Shown piece by piece: positions 49,101 to 57,500 of a stretch of DNA of 64,000 nucleotides. Position 1 is the stretch's first letter. The number at the start of each line of letters is the position of its first letter. This DNA comes from a candidate division WOR-3 bacterium (GTDB taxonomy: Bacteria; Hydrothermota; Tepidihabitantia; Tepidihabitantales; Tepidihabitantaceae). Made by a program: the position numbers and the translations under genes. Where the stretch lies: NCBI GenBank assembly GCA_965648905.1, contig CBFGIT010000004.1, positions 64,001-128,000 of the forward strand, given 5' to 3'. Below the pieces are notes generated by a model that ran no database searches, was not told the DNA's origin, and was given only the letters and a program-made list of their open reading frames with translations.

Positions 49101-49533
49101 GAAGGTCAAGGCTGGCGGCGACATCACGGCAACCGGTGCGGGTCTGCTCTTTGCCCTGAAAGGCAACAAGACGAACGAGCTCTGGCGCTACGTCCCGAGC
49201 ATCGCGCTCTGCAGTCCAGGCAATGCGCCTGACGCTGCTCGAGGCGTGATGTGGGACAGGGGCCCAACCGGCAGTGCATCGGGCAGTGTGCACATCTCCC
49301 CCAATCCGCTGCGCCCCGGTTTCGCGACACTGAGGTTAGACGAACAGGTGGCCCAGGGTCCGGTCACGGTCAGCATCCTTGACGTCTCCGGTCGCTGCGT
49401 CCTCTATTCATCATTCGGCATTCGGGGTTCGTCGTTGCCGCTTGACCTGCGCGGTCTGAGCGCCGGAGTCTACACGGTCCATCTGACCGCGGGCAGATAC
49501 TCGGCTACACAGAAACTCGTGCTTCAGCGCTGA
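43120..49533 (+). CDS. C25 (gingipain-like) cysteine peptidase: propeptide, catalytic domain, 10 Ig/CARDB-like repeats, Kelch-like propeller and T9SS-type CTD
   Basis: 'PGRPEVP', 'WVLLVGE', 'PEIGLARI', 'YRGHG', 'NIACDCG', 'LGDPAM'; repeats 'DVGC..APxGxVDSG..SCSTELxGD..ND'; 'ISPNP..LDVSGR..LSAGVY..KLVLQR'. Confidence 0.9.
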   Translation: MTNVLSLVFLVGAAWSTPRWIPLSGTNEPVPSRVTIVSSTGTRTEFEVFVPGILATPVAVSGVEFFRLSLPGENFAVLEPGRPEVPKVSVLLGIPKGANVSVQVLEHEVSTLPLESVYPLQPPQLDNQPAPPFTIDRSFYSRDEQYPGKDAALIETGVWRDLGVANIQVYPVQVNPARGVVQVASRIRVRVEHAGMMPRTVADWMMPVYSHYLDNFAQLRVKPETDYTAGVRYLVVAHSNWSSNSLLVDSLLGWVKKRGYDVRMISKSSYTAQEIKDSIRAEYNRYTPKTLRWVLLVGEYSEVPMGSYSGVGSSDFWYKDLEPWPAGDNYPEIGLARISPSSANDLQNQVRKMLLYQKNPPATGNWLANLTMVANSEDYPGKYSGCVRGIYFMPKPYWQPVLDTIMGRFKNNSDVTSAISAGVGILPYRGHGSSTSWAAWSGWPPSVSWVNANVDALSNGDLTPVVYNIACDCGNLSVSECLSEKWLRKYPGGGVASLAASQASYTYPNHGICSTLVRATCDTWTITVPGVRNYPNPVFNLADIHMRLDAYVAKYWPSAPYPDNIYMYNMLGDPAMPVWAGGQPQTPTVTHPATIPTGPYPLTVTVQVGGRPVEGALVCAWKGTEFYVAERTNSSGSATLDVNAGSSGTVLITVSEGHAQHSTPGVTHTPILPYEGTATVAVTHDVGCSHIAAPTGTVDSGTLVTPACSVANYGSSSETYTVRMRIGSSYNQTATVTNHPAGTRRYVTFPSWTALVRGTNAVSCSTELAGDAGPANDRKLDSVIVRVRDVGCQTLVAPTGTIDSGSVVIPACTVYNYGSGTVSYNVRMRIGTGYNNTAAVTGHAGGTALYVTFPAWTASLGRGSYGVSCSTELSGDVAPGNDRRTGTVTIRVLDAASVALLAPSGTVDSGAVVIPACSVANYGTQSATYTVRMRIGATYNQAVTVNNQAPGAKGYLTFPAWTAEQCIVYAVSCSTELSGDLAQANDKLTGSVTVRPRDVACTRILVPTGTIDSGTTLVPSCSVENYSGVAVSYTVRMKVGAYNQAVAVNNHLAGTRRYVTFPAWTANLSRGSHVVSCSTELAGDANPANDRATAQVDIRVRDVACQNLLAPSGTVDSGSVLVPSCSTYNHGSVTSSYTVRMRIGSGYSSPVTVLNHPAGTSRFITFPSWTANERGTLAVSCSTELAGDLIEANNRQSGQVVVVVRDVGCVALVAPSGVVDSGTTVTPVCTVANFSTTAQTYSVRMRIGSGYNQAVTVTNQAPLTRQQVTFPNWAAHDRGMLAVSCSTELSGDANPANDRRIGSVDVRVRDVGCVVLLAPVGVIDSGTSVTPACSVASFGNGPETYTVRMRIGTGYNQTTTVTNHPAGTRRLVTFPAWTAVERGSHAVSCSTELSGDVRNENDRAVGSVDVRVRDVGCVAIVAPSGLVDSGVAVAPVCTVANPGTTTESYSVRMRIGSLYDRTVAVTNHAPDTRLEVVFPTWTAGPRGGHTVRCSTMLDGDRQPGNNRLTGGVEVAVRDVAATVIIAPVGAVDSGELVVPACTVANFGTTVESYLVRMRIGTDYDRSVAVTNHAAGTRLEVLFPDWFAHPRGMVAVSCSTELGTDMVQTNDRISGQVGVATDDAAVVALLAPPEAVLLGSVTRPRALVANMGSRTATFGVRFTIGTSYVSVRTVTDLARGDTVTVEFDEWLAAMPGRFALSCSTMLSGEDNPANDRLTGQVRVNYPWPAGWREASSMPGFPSSRPSADGAWLTYDAGQGAIYAAKGNKTSDFFSYNPARDSWAVLAPVPAGTEAKPPSKGSAGCADGSGTVYATKGNNTLGFYRYIAARDSWQQLADVPLGSSRKKVKGGTDLVCHDGSVYLLKGIGNEFYRYDPAYDSWQTLSAAPAAQYDKGSWLCLDDTAGRIYCHQAKYHGFNAYDIAARTWGSTLPGMPLIGQSGRSKKSKDGGSAAWLGGSVYALKGGGTQEFWQFNPTTSVWAELETMPQLGSSGRKKKVKAGGDITATGAGLLFALKGNKTNELWRYVPSIALCSPGNAPDAARGVMWDRGPTGSASGSVHISPNPLRPGFATLRLDEQVAQGPVTVSILDVSGRCVLYSSFGIRGSSLPLDLRGLSAGVYTVHLTAGRYSATQKLVLQR

Positions 49534-49547
49534 CCTGGTCTTACTCG

Positions 49548-49584
49548 ACAGCCGGGGCGGCATCAGTGCCGCCCCGGCTGTTTT
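49548..49584 (+). terminator. Rho-independent terminator
   Basis: 15-bp perfect stem ACAGCCGGGGCGGCA-TCAG-TGCCGCCCCGGCTGT followed by Ts. Confidence 0.85.
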
Positions 49585-49805
49585 CGAGCGAGGTCTGGAA
49601 CTGACGAAGTTTCAAGATGATAAGACAGGCAACGGTCGGCAGCACAGCAGCTCCGAACGTGACCCGAAGACACGCACCATGTCCTTGAGTGCACACTGCC
49701 GGGCTTGCATTGCCGGAACAGGCTGCTACAATACAGTCTTTAGGTCTGACAATCAACATTTCCTCCGACAATCGAGATTAGCTCCGACCTAAAGGCAAGA
49801 GCCAA

Positions 49806-49982
49806 CTAGAAGCTAGAAGGCAGAAGCTAGAAGGCAGAAATGCCGAGGAGCGCGAGGACGCGCGGGACAGTCCCAGAAACCCGCGGGAGATGACCGCGAA
49901 AGCGGGGACAGTCCCAAGGAGCGCGAGGACGCGCGGGACAGTCCCCGGTTTCGCTAGAAGGCAGAAGCTAGAAGGCAGAAAT
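49806..49982. repeat. Composite repeat: three GGGACAGTCCC palindromes bracketed by 30-bp heptameric direct repeats
   Basis: GCTAGAAGGCAGAAGCTAGAAGGCAGAAAT at 49812-49841 and 49953-49982. Confidence 0.9.
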
Positions 49983-49993
49983 AAGGAGCATTT

Positions 49994-50374
49994 GTGCCCA
50001 AAGTACTGATAGTTGACGACGACCCGGACATCGTTGATTCGGTCGGCCTTGTGCTCAAGGCCGAGGGTTACGGCGTGGCCGCCGCGACCAGCCGGGAAGA
50101 AGCGATGCGGGCCGTCGAGACCGAGAAGCCCGACCTCATCATCCTCGACGTGATGATGGAGCAGCCGGACGATGGGTTTGTGGTTGCCCAGGACCTGCGC
50201 CACAAGGGCGTGAAAACGCCGATTATCATCCTGTCGTCAATCGGCCACGTGACCGGTTACAAGTACGGCAAGGATTCTGAGGTCGCACCGGTGGATGAGT
50301 TTGTGTCCAAGCCGATTGCACCAAAAGCCCTGCTGGCCAAGGTCCGGGCCCTCTTGGGCGGAAAGAAGTCTTGA
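49994..50374 (+). CDS. Single-domain response regulator receiver
   Basis: 'VLIVDDD', 'PDLIILDVMM', 'FVSKP'. Confidence 0.92.
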   Translation: MPKVLIVDDDPDIVDSVGLVLKAEGYGVAAATSREEAMRAVETEKPDLIILDVMMEQPDDGFVVAQDLRHKGVKTPIIILSSIGHVTGYKYGKDSEVAPVDEFVSKPIAPKALLAKVRALLGGKKS

Positions 50375-50376
50375 GT

Positions 50377-50898
50377 ATGCTCGCTACGGAAAGAGAATCG
50401 CTCCGCCGCGAGATTGCGGAGCTGGCCGAGAAGTACGAGCACAAGCGTGACGGCATGATGCCGATTCTGGAGGCGATTCAGGAGAAGTACCGCTACATCT
50501 CCGACTTCGCCATGCAGGAAGTCGCGCGTCAGCTTGGCGTGTTTCCGACCGAGGTCTACGGCATCGTGTCGTTCTACTCGTTCCTTTCAACCGAGCCCAA
50601 GGGTCGGTTTGTTATTCGGCTGTGCCGGACCCTGTCGTGTGAGTTTGCCGGCAAGAAAGAGGTCGCCCGCCAGTTGCAGAACGAGTTGGGCATCAGGTTC
50701 GGCGAGACCACCAAGGACCGGATGTTCACTCTGGAGTACTGCAATTGCCTTGGAATGTGCGACCACGGGCCGGCCATGCTTGTGAACAACGACGTCTATA
50801 CCCAGGTTCATCCGGAGATGGTCTCGGAAATCATCGACAAGTACCGCCGGACCTTCGGCCCGGCCCAGCAGCTTGCTGCCGGAGGGCATCATGAATAG
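50377..50898 (+). CDS. NuoE-like [2Fe-2S] hydrogenase subunit (HydC-like)
   Basis: 'CRTLSC' and 'CLGMC'. Confidence 0.9.
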   Translation: MLATERESLRREIAELAEKYEHKRDGMMPILEAIQEKYRYISDFAMQEVARQLGVFPTEVYGIVSFYSFLSTEPKGRFVIRLCRTLSCEFAGKKEVARQLQNELGIRFGETTKDRMFTLEYCNCLGMCDHGPAMLVNNDVYTQVHPEMVSEIIDKYRRTFGPAQQLAAGGHHE

Positions 50899-52072
50899 TG
50901 TCGTGCACGTCATGGAACGGTACGAGGCCGGCTCAGGCCTGAAGCGGGCTCTGGCGATGTCGCGCCAGGACGTTATCCGCCAGGTGCGCGAGTCCGGGAT
51001 TCGCGGTCGGGGCGGTGCCGGTTTTCCGACCGCGGTGAAGTGGAACCTCTGCGCCGCAGCTCAGTTCCACAAGAAGTTCCTGGTCTGCAATGCCGACGAG
51101 GGTGAGCCGGGCACGTTCAAGGACCGGTTGCTCCTGGCTGAGCGGACCGATGCCCTGCTTGACGGCATCACCATCGGCGGCTATGCCATCGGCGCAAAGC
51201 TCGGGGTCATCTACCTGCGGGCCGAGTACACCTATATGCGCGAAGGCCTGGAGGCGCGACTGGCTGAGCGGCGCGCAGCCGGGCTTCTGGGCAAGAAGGT
51301 GCTGGGCACGGACTTTGAGTTCGACATCGAAATCAGGATGGGAGCCGGCGCCTATGTCTGCGGCGAGGAGACCGCTCTGATTGAGTCACTGGAAGGCAGC
51401 CGGGGCGAACCGCGCAACCGGCCGCCCTACCCGGTGAACACCGGACTGGTCGGAGCGCCGACCGCGGTGAACAACGTCGAGACTCTGATTGCCTGCGCCC
51501 ATATCCTGGCCAAGGGGCCGGACTGGTTCCGTCGCCACGGGACCGATACCTCGACCGGGACCAAGCTCCTCTCGATTTCCGGTGACTGCCGTAAGCCGGG
51601 CGTCTACGAAGTCGCCTGGGGCATCACCGTGCGCGAGGTACTGAAACTGGTCGAAGGCCAGGGTGCCAAGGCGGTCCAGGTCGGCGGCGCGTCGGGCCGC
51701 ACAGTTCCGGCCGCGCAGTTCGACCGCAAGCTCGGATTCGAAGACCTGGCAACCGGCGGCTCGGTGATTGTCATCGGGCCGCAGCGCGACATGCTCGACG
51801 TGGCCGAGAACTTCCTCGAGTTCTTTGTCGAGGAGTCGTGCGGCCAGTGCACGCCCTGCCGCGAAGGCAACCCCAAGCTGCTTGACGGCGTGCGTCTGCT
51901 CAAAGAAGGCCGGTGCTCAATCGGCTATCTGCGCGAGCTGCAGAACCTGGGCCGGACCATGCAGGTTGCCTCGAAATGCGGCCTGGGCCAGTCGAGTGCC
52001 AACGCCTTTCTCGACATCACTGAACATTTCCGGTCGGAAATCCTGGGCCGGGTGCCCGGCGGAAAGGAGTAG
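50891..52072 (+). CDS. NuoF-like FMN/NADH-binding hydrogenase subunit (short HydB)
   Basis: 'GRGGAGFP', 'NADEGEPGTFKDR', 'GAGAYVCGEET', 'ESCGQCTPCREG', 'CGLG'. Confidence 0.92.
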   Translation: MNSVVHVMERYEAGSGLKRALAMSRQDVIRQVRESGIRGRGGAGFPTAVKWNLCAAAQFHKKFLVCNADEGEPGTFKDRLLLAERTDALLDGITIGGYAIGAKLGVIYLRAEYTYMREGLEARLAERRAAGLLGKKVLGTDFEFDIEIRMGAGAYVCGEETALIESLEGSRGEPRNRPPYPVNTGLVGAPTAVNNVETLIACAHILAKGPDWFRRHGTDTSTGTKLLSISGDCRKPGVYEVAWGITVREVLKLVEGQGAKAVQVGGASGRTVPAAQFDRKLGFEDLATGGSVIVIGPQRDMLDVAENFLEFFVEESCGQCTPCREGNPKLLDGVRLLKEGRCSIGYLRELQNLGRTMQVASKCGLGQSSANAFLDITEHFRSEILGRVPGGKE

Positions 52073-52075
52073 GAC

Positions 52076-54055
52076 ATGGCAAAGAAGAAGACCAGCCCCA
52101 CCTCTCAGGGCGCGAGTGACACCTCGGCCCGGGCCGTGACCAGCACGGTGCCGACAAGCGAGAAGCCGCACGTGGTTGAGACGGGCCGGCCCGAGGACAT
52201 CGGCGGCCAGGTATCGGTGAAGATTGATGACCTCGAACTGAAAGTGCCGTTCGGCACCACGATTCTTGAGGCGGCGAAGAGCGTCGGCATCAGGATACCG
52301 ACTCTCTGCTACCACGAGGACCTGTGTCTGGCTGGAGTCTGCCGGATGTGTGTGGTCGAGGTGTCAAAGCAGCGCACGCTCCAGACCGCCTGCACCTTCC
52401 CGATTACCGAGCCGATTCAGGTGACGACCTACAGCCCGCGGGTGCGCGCAGCCCGACGCCACGTCCTCGACCTCTTGCTTTCCAAGCACTACGGCGAATG
52501 CTACACCTGCTTCCGGAACAACAACTGCGAGCTACAGTCCCTGGCCAAAGAGTACGGCGTTGACTTCTACCGGTTCGGGCATCTGGACAAGCCCAGGTTC
52601 GAAGTCGACCGGTCGAGCTATTCGGTGGTGCGCGATATGAACAAGTGCGTGCTCTGCCGCCGGTGCGTGCGGACCTGCATCGACCTGCAGTCGGTCGGGG
52701 TGCTGACCGCAGCCCACCGCAGCGACTCGACCAAGATTGAGGCATTCATGGACCGGCCCCTGGCCGAGGTCATCTGCATCAACTGCGGCCAGTGCATCAA
52801 CCGCTGCCCGACCGGCGCACTTCGGGCCAAAGACCCGTCCGACGAAATCTGGGCGGCAATCGACGACCCGAAGAAACACGTCGTGATTCAGACCGCGCCG
52901 TCACCGCGCGCAGCAATCGGCGAGGCGTTCGACCTGGCGCCGGGCACATCGGTCACTCAGCAGATGAACACCGCGCTTAGGCGGGCCGGATTCGACCGCG
53001 TGTTCGATACCGACACGACCGCGGACCTGACCATCATCGAAGAAGGAACCGAACTTCTGACCCGGCTCTATCGCGTGCTGGTCAAGAAAGAGAATGCCGG
53101 CCTGCTGCCCCAGTTCACCTCCTGCTCGCCCGGCTGGGTCAAGTTCATCGAGCACTTCTACCCGGAGTGGCTCTCCTACGTCTCGACCTGCAAGAGCCCG
53201 CAGCAGATGTTCGGCGCGCTGATTAAGAGCTACTATGCCCGCAAGCAGGGGATTGACCCGGCGTCAATCGTCTCGGTCTCCTTGATGCCGTGCTCGGCCA
53301 AGAAGTTCGAGGCGAACCGGCCGGAGATGCAGTCCTCAGGCTACAAAGACGTCGACTACGGCCTGACCACGCGCGAGATGGCTCAGATGATTAAGGAAGC
53401 AGGCATCGACCTGCCGAACATGCCCAAGTCGCACTTCGACCTGCCGTTCGGCGACGCTTCAGGCGCCGGCCTGATTTTCGGCGCGACCGGTGGCGTAATG
53501 GAAGCGGCGATTCGCACCGTGGTCGAAGTTGTTACGGGCCTGAAGGCCGAAGATGTGTTCAAGGACGCAAACGTCGAGCCGATTCGGGGATTTGAGGGCG
53601 TCCGGTACATGGAGATTGCGATTCCCCAGACCGGCCCGATGCTGCCCCTGTTTGCGAACCTTATCAAGAAAGGCAAGCTCGGCGAAGACTGGTCCTGGCT
53701 TGCGGGCGCAACCCTCAAGGTCGCGGTTGCGCACGGCACGGCCAATGCCCGCAAGGTCATGGACGATATCAAGGCTGGCGGCAAGTTCAGCCAGTGCCAC
53801 TTCATCGAGTTCATGGCCTGTCCGGGTGGATGCCTGGGCGGCGGCGGCCAGCCGATTCCCACCAGCCCGGCCATCCGCGCGGCCCGGGCAAGGGCAATCT
53901 ACTCCGAGGATATGGGCCTGCCGATTCGCAAGTCGCACGAGAACCCGCATGTGCTGAAGCTCTACGAAGAGTTCCTGACTGACGGGCCGTGCGGCGAAGT
54001 GAGTCACAAGTACCTGCACACCCACTACACCCCAAGAGGCGACTACCTCGTCTAG
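52076..54055 (+). CDS. hydA: [FeFe]-hydrogenase group A catalytic subunit
   Basis: H-cluster motifs TSCSPGW, MPCSAKKFE, EFMACPGGCLGGGGQP; N-terminal 2Fe-2S and 4Fe-4S motifs. Confidence 0.95.
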   Translation: MAKKKTSPTSQGASDTSARAVTSTVPTSEKPHVVETGRPEDIGGQVSVKIDDLELKVPFGTTILEAAKSVGIRIPTLCYHEDLCLAGVCRMCVVEVSKQRTLQTACTFPITEPIQVTTYSPRVRAARRHVLDLLLSKHYGECYTCFRNNNCELQSLAKEYGVDFYRFGHLDKPRFEVDRSSYSVVRDMNKCVLCRRCVRTCIDLQSVGVLTAAHRSDSTKIEAFMDRPLAEVICINCGQCINRCPTGALRAKDPSDEIWAAIDDPKKHVVIQTAPSPRAAIGEAFDLAPGTSVTQQMNTALRRAGFDRVFDTDTTADLTIIEEGTELLTRLYRVLVKKENAGLLPQFTSCSPGWVKFIEHFYPEWLSYVSTCKSPQQMFGALIKSYYARKQGIDPASIVSVSLMPCSAKKFEANRPEMQSSGYKDVDYGLTTREMAQMIKEAGIDLPNMPKSHFDLPFGDASGAGLIFGATGGVMEAAIRTVVEVVTGLKAEDVFKDANVEPIRGFEGVRYMEIAIPQTGPMLPLFANLIKKGKLGEDWSWLAGATLKVAVAHGTANARKVMDDIKAGGKFSQCHFIEFMACPGGCLGGGGQPIPTSPAIRAARARAIYSEDMGLPIRKSHENPHVLKLYEEFLTDGPCGEVSHKYLHTHYTPRGDYLV

Positions 54056-54076
54056 ACTACGCCTCATCTGGACGAC

Positions 54077-54111
54077 CCGCGCCCGGCTTCGGCCGGGCGC
54101 GGCCCTGTTTT
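54077..54111 (+). terminator. Terminator hairpin after hydA
   Basis: CCGCGCCCGGC-TTCG-GCCGGGCGCGG followed by CCCTGTTTT. Confidence 0.7.
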
Positions 54112-54134
54112 GCTGTGGCAAAGCCAGTCGGTCA

Positions 54135-54453
54135 GCGCTACCTGCAACACCAAACTCGATACCGCAACAGGCAACAAGACAACTGCTGAGCAAGAAGCTG
54201 AGCGAGCCGAAAAGACAACTGCTGATGTGAATGCACACTGGATCGCTCTGGCAGCCAGACCCGCGCCTGCCCGGCTGAGCGCTCGGGCAAACGCACCGGC
54301 AAACAGAACAGAAAGCACACGAGCCAAGACCTGCGAACAGACCCGGCAGAATACTTGAGCAAAGACCGTAAGAACTGCGATTTCAACCGCTCAACCGACT
54401 ACTGCCTGGGGGACGGCCCCTCCCTGACCCAGGTCGCGGCTAACTGATAGCTG
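54135..54453 (-). repeat. Non-coding element: conserved head plus degenerate 12-mer array (second copy, inverted)
   Basis: Head matches 8320-8360; 12-nt periodic units. Confidence 0.65.
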
Positions 54454-54504
54454 TTTCAGGTGTTACGCACTTTGCCCGAGCGTACGCCGGGCTAGCTCCG
54501 AGTT

Positions 54505-57500
54505 CTACCCCTGCTGCTGCGCGTCTTTGTGCCGAAACAGCAGCCCGGCCCACTTGTACACTCCTTTGGAAACAAGGTGAAACCGCTCGCGGGGGACGTT
54601 GAGCTTGCCGCGAATCCGGCGGGCCTTGTTCAGGTCGGACTTGACGAAAGAGCGCTCAAGCTCGTCCCACGGCTTGGCGAACGGGATGCCCGCAGGCACG
54701 GTCTCGGCGTCCACGACGGTTCTGAGCAGACCGGTGAAAGCCACGATGCCGGCAGAAGACGGCGCGACCACCTCAACCGCAGCTTGGACCCGCTTGTCGT
54801 TCCAGAGCGAGTGCGCCCAGTCGGAGAGCTCGACCGGGCCGCCGTCCTTCCTGTGCTCAAGATACCACTCAGCCTTTTCCAGAAGCCACCACTCGAACGC
54901 GTCGGCCAGTTCCTGCTGGTATGCGACCGGGCCGCATTCCCAGCGGTTCTTTACCTTCCACTGCTCGTCCCAGCGGCGCTTGTACACCGGTTGCTCGATG
55001 CGGCGGATGTGCTCGTTGTCCCTGATGGCGGCCAGGCGCTCGCGCCAGAGCCGCTTGGTCTGATTTGACAGATGGGACGGAATCAGACGAATCGCTCGGG
55101 CGAAGTCGCCCTCGGCTGCCTGCCACAGGCGGTAGGGTCGCTGGTCCTTGTCGAGCGGCTCGGGCTCGTGGTCAAGGGGCGCGGCCGCGTGCCCTTCGGG
55201 CAGGAGACCATAGGCGGTGTAGACCAGCCAGTCCATCTCCTCCTGCAGGGCAATCATCTCGCTTCTCAGCTTCTCGCGCTCGGCGACCACGCGGTCGTAG
55301 GCCTGCTTCAGCTCCTCAGCCGAACCGAACGGCTTGCCGATGGCCGGGTGCGGCTTCTCGTACCCGGGCAGGGACGAGTTCCATTCGTGGTACGCCTCGC
55401 CCGGCTTCTCGAACAGCTTCTTCATCGCGAGCGTGGGCAGAACCTGCCCGCGTTTCCAGCACGCCTCGGCCAACTCCGAGAGCCGCTTAGCCAAGGGATT
55501 CCACTCGCCCTTCAGCGCCTGCGCCACCCTCTCCGGCACCGGCAACTGCTCCACCTTCCCACCGGCGAAGACGTAGTAGGTGTCCTTTTCGGGCTGCTCC
55601 GACTCGCGCTTGCTGAAGCACACCTGCTTGAGCCAGAACAGCGCGGTGGAGGAGTTGGCCATGGCAGACAAGGCGTGATAATCAGTGTCTGTGCTGGCCT
55701 TGGGGAGGCGCACAACAGGTGCTGTCCGCGGGTAAATCACAGGCATGGCATTGACGAGGAAGTGCGCGTGCGTGGCGATTTCCGAGAAGCCCAGAAAGCG
55801 CGGCGGAGTGTTCTTCTCCGGATAGGGGTCGGTGTATTCCCACCAGGCGACGCCGGTGGCCTTCTTTGGTTTGTCGAAGATGATGACGTTTTCCAAGTAG
55901 TTGCGATAGTGCTGCATGAACCGCCTGAAAGCAGAGTGAACGGGAAGAGTGAGACGGCCATAGTCTGAACGGTAAGGGAAGATGACCGTCTCGGTGTCGA
56001 CAAGCGACCAGTTGCGGACTGAGTCGCCAGCAGCAAGCGGCCGGATGAGCTCGGGCTCGATGCCGGCCTTCCGCAGCAGGTGAGGCGGTTGTATGAACAC
56101 CTCATCGCTGCGGGTGATGGTCGATGGGCCAACTTGACCCTCAGTCAGTGACACCAGTCTCTTGCCAGAGTCCTCCAGCAGCTTTCGTGTCGGCTCGGCG
56201 CCAGAGTCGAGATTCCACGGCCACTTCCCCATGGCTCGATGACTGCGGTCGGCTACCACGACCTGCTCGCTACTAAAGCCCGGCGCATCGTGGCGCTGCT
56301 CCAGCGTGTGCCAGACCTTGGATTCCTCAGGCGGTGTTCGCAGGTCGCCGCCGCCGGGAAGGAGCGCTGCGACGCGAATTGGGGTGTCGGGGTCAGGCTT
56401 TGTGTTCGCGCCGAAGACCAGGCAGGTTGGTGTGCCGTGGCCGGGAAACATCAGGCCGGAGCAGTCCACGACCTTCTGCAGGTTGACCTTCGGGAAGAAC
56501 TGCTCGACCAGCGGTTTGCCGAACTCGCGCTTGGCAAAGGCATTGGAGACGATAAAGCCCAGCTCGCCGCCAGGCTTGAGCAGGCCGAAGGAAAGCGGGA
56601 AGAAAGGTACCAGCAGCAGGAACTTCTGATAGCAGTACGGCTGCCAGCGTGCGCGGTAGAGCTCGCGTTTCGCCGGGTTGCGGGCAGTGACAAAGGGCGG
56701 GTTGCCGACGATGATATCGAAGCCGGAGCCCTCACCCTTGCCCGGAAAGAACACCTGGGGGAAGTCGATTCTCCAGGCAAAGTTGAAGGGCGCGTCGAAG
56801 CTTGCGCCTTCGAGCTTGCGCAACTTCTGGATGAAGGCGTGGTCGAGCGGCTGCTGCTCCAGTTGGTCGCGAGCAGCCATATCAGACCGTATCTTCTTGA
56901 GCGCAGCTTCGAGTTGCTCGGTCTCGTGGGCAATACGCTTGCGCCGGTCGGCCTCGGACTTGCCCTCACCGAACATGTTGGCCAGGGTCGAGTCCTCGTG
57001 CCTGAGGGCCTTGAGTTGGGTGTTGATGACCGCTTCGCTGACCTCAAGCCGCTTCTTCAGTATCTCAAGCCTGAGCTTGCGTTTGGACCCCCAACTCCTG
57101 GCCTTGTGCAGGCGTGCACCAAGACTGTGAATCGCGTCGAAGAGCTTCTGCTGTTCGTGCACGCGGCCGGGCAGGATGACCACCGGTACGCCGCAGATGT
57201 GGTCGTGCAGGCTGTCACCGCGTTTGAAGTTCATCTCCAGGTTCGGCAGTTGCGATATGTCTTTGAGTGCGGCCAGAAAGGCAGCCCGGTCGGCCTCGAA
57301 CGGGTTGAGCCCGATGTCGTAGTCCACCACGAGCGAGAGCCAGAGCCTGAGCATGCAGATTTCGATTGCCTGTTGCTGGATGTCCACGCCAAACAGGCAG
57401 TTCTCGATGATTTCGGCCTTGGTCTGGTGCAGCCAGCCCGAGCCTTTCTGGCGGGCCGGGTCAACGTAGCCGTTGGCCGCGGTCTGGGCCAGTCGGCGCA

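Noticed and set aside
50377..52072. Respiratory complex I nuoEF
   Set aside because: Adjacent to an H-cluster subunit and no other nuo genes are present; these are hydrogenase subunits
54110..54358. 82-aa Ala/Thr-periodic ORF
   Set aside because: Lies after a terminator with no SD; the periodicity continues past its stop and is explained by the 12-mer DNA element
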